Of a stretch of DNA of 64,000 nt, positions 17,655 through 27,633 are shown piece by piece (the first letter of the stretch is position 1; every line of letters starts with the position of its first letter). The notes under the pieces are model-generated. The model saw only the letters and a list, made by a program, of their open reading frames with translations. It did not search any database and had not been told where the DNA came from. Source of the DNA: Acidobacteriota bacterium (GTDB lineage Bacteria; Acidobacteriota; CAIWXX01); assembly GCA_040755995.1 (NCBI GenBank), contig JBFMAF010000037.1:1-64000 (forward strand), read 5' to 3'. The translations under genes were made by a program, and so were the position numbers.

Positions 17655-19244
17655 CTACACGCTGCGGTAGACCTCGTAATCGATTTCGGGGAAGATGGTG
17701 TCCTTCGACTCCACGTCCGAGAGCCAGTCCAGATCGAGATCGTTCTGGATGATGCCCTCGTAGATCCTGGTGAAGCGGTGGATGTGATCACGGAATCGCT
17801 TGGTGGCGTACGGAACCGTTGTGCCCGTGGTCATGATGAAAGCCCAATCGGAGCTCTCTGCCAGCAGCAGCTCGCGCGCAGCCTGGTTGAGAGCGCGCCC
17901 GAGCGCGCCCGAGGCGGCCGGGAACGAGTTCGCCAGCTCCACCATCCTCTCCTCCGCCACGTGCTGGTGGCGGTAGATCCATTCGTTGCTGCCGTTCACC
18001 CAGACGCGATTGTAGCCGCCCGCCCCCCATGTCGACATCGACGGCGTCTGCCGCTGGAAGTCGCCGTTCTCGGCGAGATAGGACGTGGGATTCGACAGCG
18101 AGATCCGGCTCTGTTCCTTCGCAATCTTGCGAATGAGGAAATTCAAAAACTGCGGACCCTCGAACCACCAGTGCCCGAACAGTTCCGCGTCAAACGCGGA
18201 GACCACCATCGGCTTGCGCCGGAGGAGATCTGCCAGGTGTTCGATCTGCATCTCCCGGTTGTGCATGAAGTTGCCGGCGTGCACGACCGCGCGTTCGGTC
18301 GCCCACTGCGGGTGGTACGGCTCCTTCAGATGCAGATCCACGCGGCCCGTGACCCGGTGATACTTGATCCCGAGATTCCGGCGCACACCGTCCGGATGCA
18401 GATACGACTTCACGTAGTCGTACTCGGCGTCGTAGCCCAGATCGCGGTAGAACTCGCGGTAGCAGGGATCGCCCGGGTAGCCCTCCGTGGCGCTCCAGAT
18501 CTGCCGGCTGCTCTCTACGTCGCGCGCGAAGGCCTTCAGCCCCTGCGGGGTCTCGACCGGAGCGAATATGCCGTGACGCGGCCGCGGATTGCCATACACG
18601 ACTCCGTGCGAGTCGACGAAGAAGTACTTCAGCCCGGCATCGCTCAGAAGCGCGTCGTCGGCGGGGTTGTACCCGCATTCGGGAAGCCAGAAGCCCGAGG
18701 GCGGCCGGCCGAAATGCTTGATGTAGTTGGCGCGCGCCACCTGTGTCTGCGCGCTGCGCGCCTCCTCCCGCACGATCAGCGGCAGAAATGCGTGGGTGGC
18801 CGCGCTGGTCAGGATGTCAATGTGCCCGGCATCCTGCAGCGCCTTGTAGCCGGCCAGAAGATTCCCTTTGTGCCTCTCGAAGAGAATATCGCGGGAGGTC
18901 GAGAAATGCCGCAGGTACATCTGCGAGACCTCGTCCAGCGGCGGGTTGTTCCGATTTCGCAGAACCTCCTTCGCGGTGAGCTCGACGAGTCTGTCCAGAT
19001 GCCGCGCGTACCGCTCCATCAAGAGCCCGTCGCTGAGCATCTCGCAGAGCGGCGGAGTCAGAGAGATGGTCATCTTGAACGGCACGCCGTCCTCGGCGAG
19101 CTGTTCGAGTACGTAGAGGATCGGGACGTAGGTCTCGGAGATCGCCTCGAACAGCCAGTCCTCTTCCAGGAAGCTGGGATGTTCCGGATGCCTCACGAAC
19201 GGTAGATGCGCGTGAAGAACGATGGCGAGATATCCCTTGTGCAT
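17655..19244 (-). CDS. GH57 1,4-alpha-glucan branching enzyme (DUF1957)
   Basis: LHAHLPFVRHPE, GFWLPECGY, FDAELFGHWWFEG and ARELLLAESSDWAF. Confidence 0.95.
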   Translation of the reverse strand: MHKGYLAIVLHAHLPFVRHPEHPSFLEEDWLFEAISETYVPILYVLEQLAEDGVPFKMTISLTPPLCEMLSDGLLMERYARHLDRLVELTAKEVLRNRNNPPLDEVSQMYLRHFSTSRDILFERHKGNLLAGYKALQDAGHIDILTSAATHAFLPLIVREEARSAQTQVARANYIKHFGRPPSGFWLPECGYNPADDALLSDAGLKYFFVDSHGVVYGNPRPRHGIFAPVETPQGLKAFARDVESSRQIWSATEGYPGDPCYREFYRDLGYDAEYDYVKSYLHPDGVRRNLGIKYHRVTGRVDLHLKEPYHPQWATERAVVHAGNFMHNREMQIEHLADLLRRKPMVVSAFDAELFGHWWFEGPQFLNFLIRKIAKEQSRISLSNPTSYLAENGDFQRQTPSMSTWGAGGYNRVWVNGSNEWIYRHQHVAEERMVELANSFPAASGALGRALNQAARELLLAESSDWAFIMTTGTTVPYATKRFRDHIHRFTRIYEGIIQNDLDLDWLSDVESKDTIFPEIDYEVYRSV

Positions 19245-19321
19245 CGTCGCGGTCGAAAGTATCACAAAGGGCGGATAGCAGGCAACTTGGATGAGCCAGA
19301 GGCCAGAGGCCGGAGGCCGGG

Positions 19322-19852
19322 TCACCGGCCGAAGAAGTACAGTGCGTTTGACCCCTGGGCTTTGACGCGTTCGAGTGTGGACTGGCTCTTCGGCCAGCTC
19401 CAATCGGCCGGCGCCTTCACGACCAATGATGTGCCCGCCACCACACACACGCCCGCCAGGGTCTTCTCCACGGCCTCGGCCACCGGCTCGAACTCGTATG
19501 GCGGGTCCATGAACACGACGTCGTAGGCGCTGGAGGTGTCGCGGAGGAACTGGAAGTAGTTCACCTCGTGGATGCGGGCCTTGGCCTGCGCCTTCAGGCC
19601 GCGCAGGTTCTTGCGGATGACGTCTCCTGTGTCCCTGTCCGCCTCGACGAAATCCACCCACGCCGCACCGCGCGACAGCGCCTCCAAACCTACGACACCG
19701 CTCCCCGCAAACGCATCCAGAAAGCGGCAGTCGAGGATGCGCGCGCCCAGGATGTCGAACATGCTCTTTCGGAGGAGCACCGGAATGGGGCGCACACCGG
19801 GGCGCGGCGAAATCAACTTCCGGCCGCGGTAGATGCCGGCTATGATCTCCAT
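19322..19852 (-). CDS. rsmD: 16S rRNA m2G966 methyltransferase
   Basis: IIAGIYRGRKL, FLDAFAGSGVVGLEALSRGA and VFMDPPY. Confidence 0.93.
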   Translation of the reverse strand: MEIIAGIYRGRKLISPRPGVRPIPVLLRKSMFDILGARILDCRFLDAFAGSGVVGLEALSRGAAWVDFVEADRDTGDVIRKNLRGLKAQAKARIHEVNYFQFLRDTSSAYDVVFMDPPYEFEPVAEAVEKTLAGVCVVAGTSLVVKAPADWSWPKSQSTLERVKAQGSNALYFFGR

Positions 19853-19853
19853 C

Positions 19854-20438
19854 TCACGGGACGAGGATCAGCCTTTCCTTGTTGATCCTGACTTCCTTGA
19901 TGCCATACGGCAGGGCAAACCAGTCCTTGAGAGAATGAGCCTTGCCCGATTGCCTCTCGGTCAGGTACTGGACAATCGCATCGAGAGCGCTCACGGGAAT
20001 TGGAAGGAAGCCGACCCTGATGCTCTCCGGTTGGAAATAGCCCCACCCCTTTTGAGTGGTCAGCCTGCCCGTAAGGTATATCGGTATAGGACGCTTGAGG
20101 AAATCGGGGATCTCGCTGTTCTGAGACTTCACGTCGCTGAGGTCCACATCCGCTTGAGCGACCACCGAGTTCTCCTGCAGCCCGATGTCGATGTTCTTCA
20201 GATTGGGAGGCAGCTGCGAGCCGGCCTTGTAATACAGGTAGGAGTTCAACTCCCTCTCGGTGAATACCACCGTCTTCGGCAGTTCCTTCCCCTGTTGTCG
20301 TCTCTTGAGCACGTCATTGAGCACGCGTTCCATCTTGTCGGCCGCCGCCTGGGAAATTCGGCTGTCCTCGTAGGCTCCTGCCCATGGGACAAACGCCAGT
20401 ATCAGCCAGCCAAGTATGAGACCCCTTCTTCCATACAT
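19854..20438 (-). CDS. Secreted hypothetical protein
   Basis: Signal peptide; FTERELNSYL pattern; abuts rsmD. Confidence 0.7.
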   Translation of the reverse strand: MYGRRGLILGWLILAFVPWAGAYEDSRISQAAADKMERVLNDVLKRRQQGKELPKTVVFTERELNSYLYYKAGSQLPPNLKNIDIGLQENSVVAQADVDLSDVKSQNSEIPDFLKRPIPIYLTGRLTTQKGWGYFQPESIRVGFLPIPVSALDAIVQYLTERQSGKAHSLKDWFALPYGIKEVRINKERLILVP

Positions 20439-20500
20439 AGTGCACCTCTCGACAGTTCGTACCCAGCCAGTATAAACGTTGTCGCTCCCCGTAGGAAGAG

Positions 20501-20585
20501 GGAGACACGGAGACCGGGAGAAACGGAGAAACGGAGAAACGGGGAAACAGGGAAACGGAGAAACGGGGAAACGGCGACATGGAGA
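20501..20585. repeat. Degenerate 8-bp tandem repeat (GGAGAAAC)n
   Basis: About 10 units (ggagacac/ggagaaac/ggggaaac) in the divergent intergenic region before selA. Confidence 0.85.
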
Positions 20586-20690
20586 TGAGGGAGAGCAGAA
20601 GAACCGGCGACACTCCAAGAAGATTCCGGCGGGCTCTTCGATCGGCGCTGATTCGAAACCACGTGCCACCTGGTCTATAATCGCGGTGCA

Positions 20691-22097
20691 ATGGGATCGA
20701 GGCGAGGTCACTCCACGGGGCCGGGCAAGACGGCTTCACTCCGCGTCATCCCGTCGATCGAGGAGCTGATGAACGCAACGAAGGTAGCCTCCGCGGTGGA
20801 GCGGCGCGGGCGGGCGGCGATGGTCCGAGCTTGCCGGCTGGCCACCGGCGCGCTTCGACGCGCGATTCTCGCCGGAGCCGCTGCCCCGGCTAATCCTGTC
20901 GAATCGCTGGCGGATGAGGCCATCCGGCGGGCAGACGAGGCCGCCCGCCCGTCGCTCGTGCGCGTTATCAACGCGACCGGCGTCCTGCTGCACACCAATC
21001 TCGGCCGGGCTCCTCTGGATGCCCCGCTGATCGAACGTGCAGCCGCGAGGGCAGGGGGATACTCGAACCTCGAGATGGACCTCGACACGGGCACGCGCGG
21101 CAGCCGGCTGGTGCATCTGCAGCGACACTTCGAAGCCTTCTTCCCTGGATCGAGCAGCCTTGTCGTCAACAACAACGCCGCAGCGGTGCTGCTGATCTTG
21201 AACACGCTGGCCCAAGACCGAGAAGTTGTCGTGTCGCGTGGAGAGCTGGTCGAGATCGGCGGGTCATTCCGCATCCCGGATGTCTGCGAGCGGAGCGGTG
21301 CGAAGCTGGTAGAGATCGGCACCACCAATCGCACCCGAATCGCCGATTATGCGCGTGCGATCAACAGCGACACGGCACTTCTCATGCACGTTCACCCAAG
21401 CAACTATCGAGTGATCGGGTTCACCGAGTCGGTGGATCACGTCGAGCTCGCCCAGTTGGGCCGAAAGAAGAAGATTGTTGTGGTGGCGGACCTTGGTAGT
21501 GGTGCTGTCGGGGAGTTCCCTGAGGCGCTGGCGCGGGAACCGTCGCCGGCTCAGTACCTGCGAATGGGATTCGGCCTCGTCTGTTTCTCCGGCGACAAGC
21601 TGCTGGGTGCGTGCCAGGCGGGGATCATCGCCGGGCGGCGGCACTTGATCGACAGGCTCAAGCGCAACCCGCTTTACCGCGCGCTGCGCGTCGACAAGCT
21701 GACGATAGCGATTCTCGAAGAGGCGCTCATGAGTGCGAAGTCGGGCCGCCGGGATGTCTTGCTGCACAAGATGGTGGCAACACCCGCGACTGAGATCCGT
21801 GCGCGAGCGGACGCTCTCCTGGCAAGGCTCGCGGGACTGGCCGAGGCCAGAGTCGAGCCGGGGGAGTCGCTGGTCGGAGGCGGCTCAGCCACAGACTTGA
21901 GGCTGCCCAGCGCGGTCCTGGCGGTCAGGCCGAGAGGGATGCCGGAATCCGAGCTGCTGGCCGCGCTCCGCCGCAACCGGCCACCGGTCATCGCGCGTGT
22001 CGAGGGGCGGCGAGTCCTGATCGACCTGCGCACCGTGATGCCCGAGGACGATCAACTGCTCGCCGAGGCCCTGGAGAACGCGCTGAGAGGAGCTTGA
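20691..22097 (+). CDS. selA: L-seryl-tRNA(Sec) selenium transferase
   Basis: VINATGVLLHTNLGRAPL, YSNLE, VVNNNAAAV, SRGELVEIGGSFRIP, FSGDKLLG and RALRVDK. Confidence 0.96.
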   Translation: MGSRRGHSTGPGKTASLRVIPSIEELMNATKVASAVERRGRAAMVRACRLATGALRRAILAGAAAPANPVESLADEAIRRADEAARPSLVRVINATGVLLHTNLGRAPLDAPLIERAAARAGGYSNLEMDLDTGTRGSRLVHLQRHFEAFFPGSSSLVVNNNAAAVLLILNTLAQDREVVVSRGELVEIGGSFRIPDVCERSGAKLVEIGTTNRTRIADYARAINSDTALLMHVHPSNYRVIGFTESVDHVELAQLGRKKKIVVVADLGSGAVGEFPEALAREPSPAQYLRMGFGLVCFSGDKLLGACQAGIIAGRRHLIDRLKRNPLYRALRVDKLTIAILEEALMSAKSGRRDVLLHKMVATPATEIRARADALLARLAGLAEARVEPGESLVGGGSATDLRLPSAVLAVRPRGMPESELLAALRRNRPPVIARVEGRRVLIDLRTVMPEDDQLLAEALENALRGA

Positions 22098-22229
22098 GCC
22101 CACTGGCGGGCTCGGCAAAATATCCGGCTGGCAATTCGAGTCACCGCGCGCCCCGGCACGTGCAACCGCCGGAGGATGCGCTTCGGCCCGGGTACATGCC
22201 CGCGCCTGTCTGCGAAGGCGGGGTCGAGG

Positions 22230-22757
22230 TCACTTGAACAGCTTCTCGATCGTCCCCATGGGTAGGAAGAGGCGTCGGGGTATCTTGGGTAGCGACAGGA
22301 ATCCGTACTTGATGTAGAAGCCGGACGCGGCCTCGTCCTTCGCGTCGACCACAACGCCCGCAGAGGCCAATTGCCTACTTGCCATCAGCGAGCGATGGAG
22401 TGCGTCCATCATTAGCAGTTCCCCGACTCGCCGACCCCGGAATTCGGTACTCACCGCCAGCCGGCCGAGCAGTGTTGCCGGCACGAGCGGATATCTCGGC
22501 AGCTTCCGGGCGATCTCTTCCGGAATGGCATCCAGTGCGACCGCGTATTGCGAGATCGTGTAGTAGCCGGCGATCGCCCTGCCATCATTCGTCGCAACGA
22601 ACGCGACTGCCACCTTTCTCCTGATATCCTGCCCCGCCTGATGGTGCAGATAGTTGTCGAGCGCGCCAACGCCGCATGTGAACGCTTTGCGGTCATGGTG
22701 AGCCGCGAGCTGCTCGATGTGGAACTGATGCCCGTCCTGATATCGTCTAGCCTCCAA
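22230..22757 (-). CDS. GNAT family type II toxin (AtaT/TacT/KacT-like)
   Basis: HDRKAFTCG..LDNYL, PATLLGRLAV and VVDAKDE.A..FY..YGF. Confidence 0.92.
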   Translation of the reverse strand: MEARRYQDGHQFHIEQLAAHHDRKAFTCGVGALDNYLHHQAGQDIRRKVAVAFVATNDGRAIAGYYTISQYAVALDAIPEEIARKLPRYPLVPATLLGRLAVSTEFRGRRVGELLMMDALHRSLMASRQLASAGVVVDAKDEAASGFYIKYGFLSLPKIPRRLFLPMGTIEKLFK

Positions 22758-23051
22758 TCAGAGCCCCTCTCGCTTCCCGTAGCGTGCAGCCGCGGCTCGG
22801 AGGGCCTTGTTCGGTGGCGGTGGATTCAGGATTGCATTCACAAAGACGTCCCGCGCTCCGTCCCGCAGGTGCAGGATTTCGAACTCTTGGATCGTCTTTG
22901 CCGCCGCCTCCTGTGCGCTCTGCACAAGAAAGTCGGTCAGTGAGCTCCCGCGCAAATGTGCCGCACGCTCGATGAGCTGCTTCTGGCTCCTCGTGACCCT
23001 CGCCTCCAGCCGCTCCCGCCTTCTGGGACTGTGATCAGTTTCTAGTCTCAT
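22758..23051 (-). CDS. DUF1778 RHH antitoxin
   Basis: ERLEARVT..QK.LIERAA...G.SLTDF...F...I.NPPPPN..LR.A; degenerate palindrome GTACGGCAATTCGCCG at 23071-23086. Confidence 0.93.
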   Translation of the reverse strand: MRLETDHSPRRRERLEARVTRSQKQLIERAAHLRGSSLTDFLVQSAQEAAAKTIQEFEILHLRDGARDVFVNAILNPPPPNKALRAAAARYGKREGL

Positions 23052-23278
23052 GGTCTACTCCACCTCGAGTGTACGGCAATTCGCCGGAGAGATCAAGTTC
23101 CGAGAGCTGGCTGGCAAGCTTGCAGCCGGCGGGCTGGGTAGTTCCCTTGCCGCATGGGCGTGACGATGTCACGGCGTACTGGAGGCTTCACCCATGTTCT
23201 GCGAATTCTTCAGGATGCCCTCTGAGGAGAAGGCGATCAATCAACGGGCTCAAGTGGCTATCCTGACTGCTTGACGAG

Positions 23279-24115
23279 TCACTCGGCGAGACCGACGCGC
23301 TCATCGCCTCGCACCGCCTTCACGATGATGATGTAGCCTTTGGAGAAGAAGAGGAGCCTGTCGAGCTGCGAGATGAGCCAGAGCAGCGGAAACAGCACTG
23401 AGAAGAGCCTGAACGCGAGGCCGTGCTTCCGGAGGGCGGACTGGGTTGCCGGCGCGATGCCGCCTTCGGCCTTCTTGTGCAGGACGAACATGTAGGCCGC
23501 GTTCACAACAAGCTCGATCATCTCCGTGACGAACCTCACGCACGAACTCGTCTTGACGACCCTCAGCCCGGCCGCTTCGAGCAATGCACGCAGCTGCGCC
23601 GGCGTGTATCCTTCGCGCACGTGCCCATAGTGGGACGGCTTGAGACCGACCGCGGCGGCTAGCCGGTGCAACACGAAGAAGGGCCCAGTCTGAGGCGTGC
23701 TGATGTAGGCAGTCCCGCCTGGCGCGAGTATGCGCGCGATCTCTCCTGCCAGCTCGTCGTCCGCCTGGACGTGTTCGAGCGAATCGATGGCGACCACACA
23801 GTCGATGGAGGCGCTCTTGAGCGCCAGGCGCGTCGGATCGACCTGGACGACCGCGTGTCCTACAAGTAGCCGCGTCGCAACTGTGTTGACCTCGTCAGGA
23901 TCCGCGCTGACCCAATCGCCTCCGCACTTGCGCAAGTAGTAGCTCGTCACTCCGCGATCGCAGCCGATCTCCGCGCACCGCTTCCCCGTAGTGTCATCGA
24001 GCATCCTCAGGAGCGTCGAAAGCTTAGAGCGTTTCTTGAGCGACTTGGATGACATCGCGAGCTGCCAGTGCCGGCGGCAATCCGACCGGCTGAAAAGACG
24101 GCGTGAGGCAGACAT
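23279..24115 (-). CDS. Class I SAM-dependent methyltransferase
   Basis: EIGCDRG, D.VVAIDSLEHV, EIARILAPGG and GHVREGY. Confidence 0.85.
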   Translation of the reverse strand: MSASRRLFSRSDCRRHWQLAMSSKSLKKRSKLSTLLRMLDDTTGKRCAEIGCDRGVTSYYLRKCGGDWVSADPDEVNTVATRLLVGHAVVQVDPTRLALKSASIDCVVAIDSLEHVQADDELAGEIARILAPGGTAYISTPQTGPFFVLHRLAAAVGLKPSHYGHVREGYTPAQLRALLEAAGLRVVKTSSCVRFVTEMIELVVNAAYMFVLHKKAEGGIAPATQSALRKHGLAFRLFSVLFPLLWLISQLDRLLFFSKGYIIIVKAVRGDERVGLAE

Positions 24116-24211
24116 GATGCGCGCTCAGACCCCGAGGCGCGGAGCAAGAAGGGAAGAGGGGAAAGGGAAAACGGGAAAGGGTGGAACATGCGCTGCTGCG
24201 AACATGGATGC

Positions 24212-25240
24212 TTACCCTTTCGCCTTGTCCCTATCGCCTTGTCCCTTTGTCCGGTAGCCGAGGAGATTCTCTTTCAAGAAGGTCTTGAGATTCAGCGTGG
24301 GGACGCCCAGGAAGCTCTCGCGTTCAAGCATGTCGCAGGTCTCGCACGGCACGATGCCGTCAACGTTCTTTGCGACCATGCGCCGGCGAAGCCTCAACAT
24401 GGGCTCGCCATTCCAGACCTCGGCGATCGTCTGTTTCGTCAGATCGCCGAGGAAGATGTCGCCGAAGAAATCCTGCGGGCACGGATCTACACGCCCATCC
24501 CAGAAGACCACGAGCGCGTACCAGGGGAAGGTGCAGCAGGTGAAGACCTGTTTCACGACGCCGGATTCCCCACCAACCTCGTACGTGCCTGCCCAGTTGT
24601 GCGCCTCCTTGACGACGAAGCGGTCGAGTGGCAGTCCTTTGAAGCGCCCTTCGAATTCCGCCCGCCCGTTCCTGGCCCCCTGGAAAATGTTCATTACCTC
24701 GAAGATCGTGTATGGCAGGCGGCTCTGCCTCTGCTTCTTGATCTCCAGAAACCGCCGGATGTTGCCTAGCGTCTTGTCGAAGTTCCCGCGCACTCGCATG
24801 GACTCATAGGTCTCCTTGTCGTAACCGTCGAAGGAGAACGACAGGAGATCGAGTCCCGAGTCGATGATTTGTTCGGAGAACGGTGTGGTGAGCAGGGCGC
24901 CGTTCGTGTGAAGCCTGGTCGTGAGCCCCTTCTGCTTCGCGTACCGGATCATCTTGAAGATGTCCCGGTGCAACAGCGACTCCCCAGTGTGGAACAGGTT
25001 CAAATCGTGAAGGTAGAGAGATGCCTCGTCGATGATCTTCTTGTATAGGTCGAAGTCCATCATGCCCTGCGCAGAAGCAGCCTGCCGCGGCGTGCTCTGC
25101 GGGCACACCCTGCACCTCAGATTACAACGGTTGGTGGGCTCGATCCACATCCGGATGGGCATGTGGTCGAGCACTATGCGCCCGCGCCAGTAGCTGAGAA
25201 GCGCTCTGGCGAGCCTGGAGTACCGGCGGATTGGGCTCAC
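24212..25240 (-). CDS. Radical SAM protein with SPASM/Twitch domain
   Basis: IEPTNRCNLRCRVC; C-terminal CTFPW...PCPQD...CETC; GTG start overlaps the upstream stop. Confidence 0.9.
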   Translation of the reverse strand: MSPIRRYSRLARALLSYWRGRIVLDHMPIRMWIEPTNRCNLRCRVCPQSTPRQAASAQGMMDFDLYKKIIDEASLYLHDLNLFHTGESLLHRDIFKMIRYAKQKGLTTRLHTNGALLTTPFSEQIIDSGLDLLSFSFDGYDKETYESMRVRGNFDKTLGNIRRFLEIKKQRQSRLPYTIFEVMNIFQGARNGRAEFEGRFKGLPLDRFVVKEAHNWAGTYEVGGESGVVKQVFTCCTFPWYALVVFWDGRVDPCPQDFFGDIFLGDLTKQTIAEVWNGEPMLRLRRRMVAKNVDGIVPCETCDMLERESFLGVPTLNLKTFLKENLLGYRTKGQGDRDKAKG

Positions 25241-25554
25241 GTCGCCGATTCCCGAGGGATGACGGGCTTGGGCAGGGACGGCGGCTTCAGCCCGAGCCAC
25301 TTCCTGATTCTGTGCTTCAGGAACACGAAGAAGAGAATCGCATATCGCTCGAGGTCTTTGTAGGAGTAGATGGACTCGAGAACCTTCGGCACTTTCTTCG
25401 CCCAGCCGATGCGGCGCTGCGCCGTCGCGAAACGCATGATCAGCTCGCTGATCTGCCACCAGCTCAGCCTGTCAACGTACAACGGCGCGTGCCCCTGCGC
25501 CGGCGGCAGCAGGATCAGGCGCGAGTCGTGCGGCGTTGTCCAGGAGAAATCCAC
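25237..25554 (-). CDS. Short ORF, possibly the C-terminal remnant of a larger gene
   Basis: 105 aa filling the gap in an operon; no clear RBS; no recognised domain. Confidence 0.4.
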   Translation of the reverse strand: MDFSWTTPHDSRLILLPPAQGHAPLYVDRLSWWQISELIMRFATAQRRIGWAKKVPKVLESIYSYKDLERYAILFFVFLKHRIRKWLGLKPPSLPKPVIPRESAT

Positions 25555-25558
25555 CGGG

Positions 25559-27001
25559 CTACTTGGGCCGTTGCGTGTGCGTGGCCTTCCTCTGCTTTTC
25601 GCGCTTCTTCGCCGGCTGGCTCTGCGCGTCCTTTGCTGCGTTCGAGTCCGGGCTTTTCGAGTCCTCGATGTAGCCGAGAGTCTGAAGGTCTTCCAGGATC
25701 TCCTTGTTCATCTGCTGCTCCTGCCCAGACCCCTGGCCCGTCTTCCTTTCGCCGGACTCATACGTTGCAATTGTGCGCACCGGGTACCGGCTTTGGTAGG
25801 AATCCTCGAAGATCTCCTTCAAGACTCGCCCGTCCATATCCTGCGCGACCGGCTGCCCGATGAGGTGGAGGATCGTCGGAGCGATGTCGTAGAGGTCAGC
25901 GTCCGCAATGCGATGTCCCTTCCTGGCGCCGGGCCCGATGTAGAAGACGACGCCATCCGGAGCCTCCTTGGCCTGATTGCCGTGGGCGTAGACGCCGTTG
26001 GAGAACATGAAACCGTGGTCCGAGCAGATGATCAGGGCTGTTCGCCCGTCGAGGCGATCGAGATACTTCTGGACGATCCGGTCCATGTACTGGTAGACAG
26101 GGGCCATCACGCGCGCGAACTCGAGATCGATGCGGGCGACGTCGGCCTCGGTGAGCTTGCCCTCCTTCTCGAGCCCGTAGACCTCTTCGTAGAGATTCTT
26201 GTCGATGAAGTGCCATGCGAAGTGACATGTCACGTCGATGAGACGGAGGTAGATCGAGAACACCTGCACCGGGTGCTTCTCCCACAGGTAGTCCCCGACC
26301 TGCTCCACGGTCATGTCCTGCGCGATGTAGTAAGGGTAGGCATCCAGAGTGCGCTTGGATCCGCCGAATGGCAGCTGCGCTTCATCGGCCTTCCATTCGG
26401 GAATGCCGCGGCGCGCGGCTTCCGCGAGAACATCCTTCTTGCCCTTGACCACCATGCCCTTGATCTCGTCGAATATCTCCCGTGGGTAGACGGTGTCGGG
26501 CGACGGAGGGAGCTTGGTGACGAGCCGGAAGCGATCGGTCACGAGATAGCCGTTCTTGATCGGCGGAGCCGGGTAGGACCACCACCAGTTCAGCGTCCCG
26601 GTCTTGATGCCGCGCTCGGCGAGAATCTCCCAGTAAGTCCTGACTTTGCGGTCAGAATCGCCGTGAGGCACCTGCTGGCCGGTTGTCTTCTCGACGTGCG
26701 TCCAGTCGATTATCCCATGCTTCATCATGGACATGCCCGTCGCGACCGACGTCCACAGGATTCCCGACTCGGTCGGGCGAAAAGTCCCGAAGCGCCCGTA
26801 GCAACCTTCGTCCATAATACGCTTGAATGCCGGCAGCTTTCCCTGCGCGACCAGGGGCTCCAGGAGATTCGGAGCCACGCCGTCCATCCCGAGCAGTATG
26901 ACTCGGTCCGCCGGAGGCCGTGAGCCGACAAGAGAATACACAGCCCACCCTGCGCCTCCCAACAACAGCGCCACGGCCACCAAGACAATCTTCAGCTTCA
27001 C
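25559..27001 (-). CDS. Alkaline phosphatase superfamily / type I phosphodiesterase
   Basis: VILLGMDG, WTSVATG, ICSDHGF, DIAPTIL and the C-terminal LQTLGYI. Confidence 0.88.
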   Translation of the reverse strand: MKLKIVLVAVALLLGGAGWAVYSLVGSRPPADRVILLGMDGVAPNLLEPLVAQGKLPAFKRIMDEGCYGRFGTFRPTESGILWTSVATGMSMMKHGIIDWTHVEKTTGQQVPHGDSDRKVRTYWEILAERGIKTGTLNWWWSYPAPPIKNGYLVTDRFRLVTKLPPSPDTVYPREIFDEIKGMVVKGKKDVLAEAARRGIPEWKADEAQLPFGGSKRTLDAYPYYIAQDMTVEQVGDYLWEKHPVQVFSIYLRLIDVTCHFAWHFIDKNLYEEVYGLEKEGKLTEADVARIDLEFARVMAPVYQYMDRIVQKYLDRLDGRTALIICSDHGFMFSNGVYAHGNQAKEAPDGVVFYIGPGARKGHRIADADLYDIAPTILHLIGQPVAQDMDGRVLKEIFEDSYQSRYPVRTIATYESGERKTGQGSGQEQQMNKEILEDLQTLGYIEDSKSPDSNAAKDAQSQPAKKREKQRKATHTQRPK

Positions 27002-27143
27002 CGTCGTTCTCCAATCTCCCCAACACGAAACCCCAAATCGTAAGCGCTGACCGGGCGCATGTCAAATGCCCGCAAAGCGTTGAAGCGTTGTTGCCTACGC
27101 CATGATGCGCACCGGCAATGACCCGGCGCCGTGAGCGCGCTCT

Positions 27144-27542
27144 CTACTCCGCCTCCCGGCTCCCGAATCTCTCGATAGGCTTGGGCCGGCCCTCGCGATC
27201 CACCGCGACAAACACAGCGCTCGTCTTCACGACGAGCGCGCTCTCGTCGGTCCAGCCTTCGAGATCGAAGCTCACGCTTGTCCTCCCGGCCCTGGGATTG
27301 TCCACATAGAAGTCGACAATGTGGCCTTCCTTGACCGGGTGCAAGAAGAGGATCTCGCCGAACTTGAGCGTGACGAGCAGCTCCTCACCGGTATAATGAT
27401 GGGCGAATATGGATGCGGCTTCGTCCATCCACGCCATCATGTTGCCGCCGAAGAGGGTGCGGCGGAGGCCCACATCGCGGGTCATGCACAGTTTCGATGT
27501 CACACGGATTCGCGTCGGGCTCGGGCTCGCTCCTGTGTTCAC
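27144..27542 (-). CDS. Acyl-CoA thioesterase (hotdog fold)
   Basis: TLFGGNMMAWMDEAA, GRTSV and FVAVD..GRP. Confidence 0.88.
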   Translation of the reverse strand: MNTGASPSPTRIRVTSKLCMTRDVGLRRTLFGGNMMAWMDEAASIFAHHYTGEELLVTLKFGEILFLHPVKEGHIVDFYVDNPRAGRTSVSFDLEGWTDESALVVKTSAVFVAVDREGRPKPIERFGSREAE

Positions 27543-27633
27543 GTCCCTGACTCTAGTGAGCTGGTGCGCCGCTGTCAACTCGCGCGCGAGGCTTGCCGCC
27601 CGCGCCACGGCCCCGGACGGTTGCCTGTCCCCG

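Noticed and set aside
17622..19205. Long antisense or alternate-frame ORFs (for example 527 aa here, also 25370-26923, 47647-49173, 55478-56926)
   Set aside because: Shadow ORFs of real genes, typical of high-GC codon bias; no motifs
19245..19661. N-terminal extension of the GH57 ORF in the track
   Set aside because: Overlaps rsmD in another frame; the family start MHKGYLAIVLHAH is at 19244
20439..20739. ORFs with FPVSPFLR-type peptide repeats
   Set aside because: Translation artefacts of the 8-bp DNA tandem repeat
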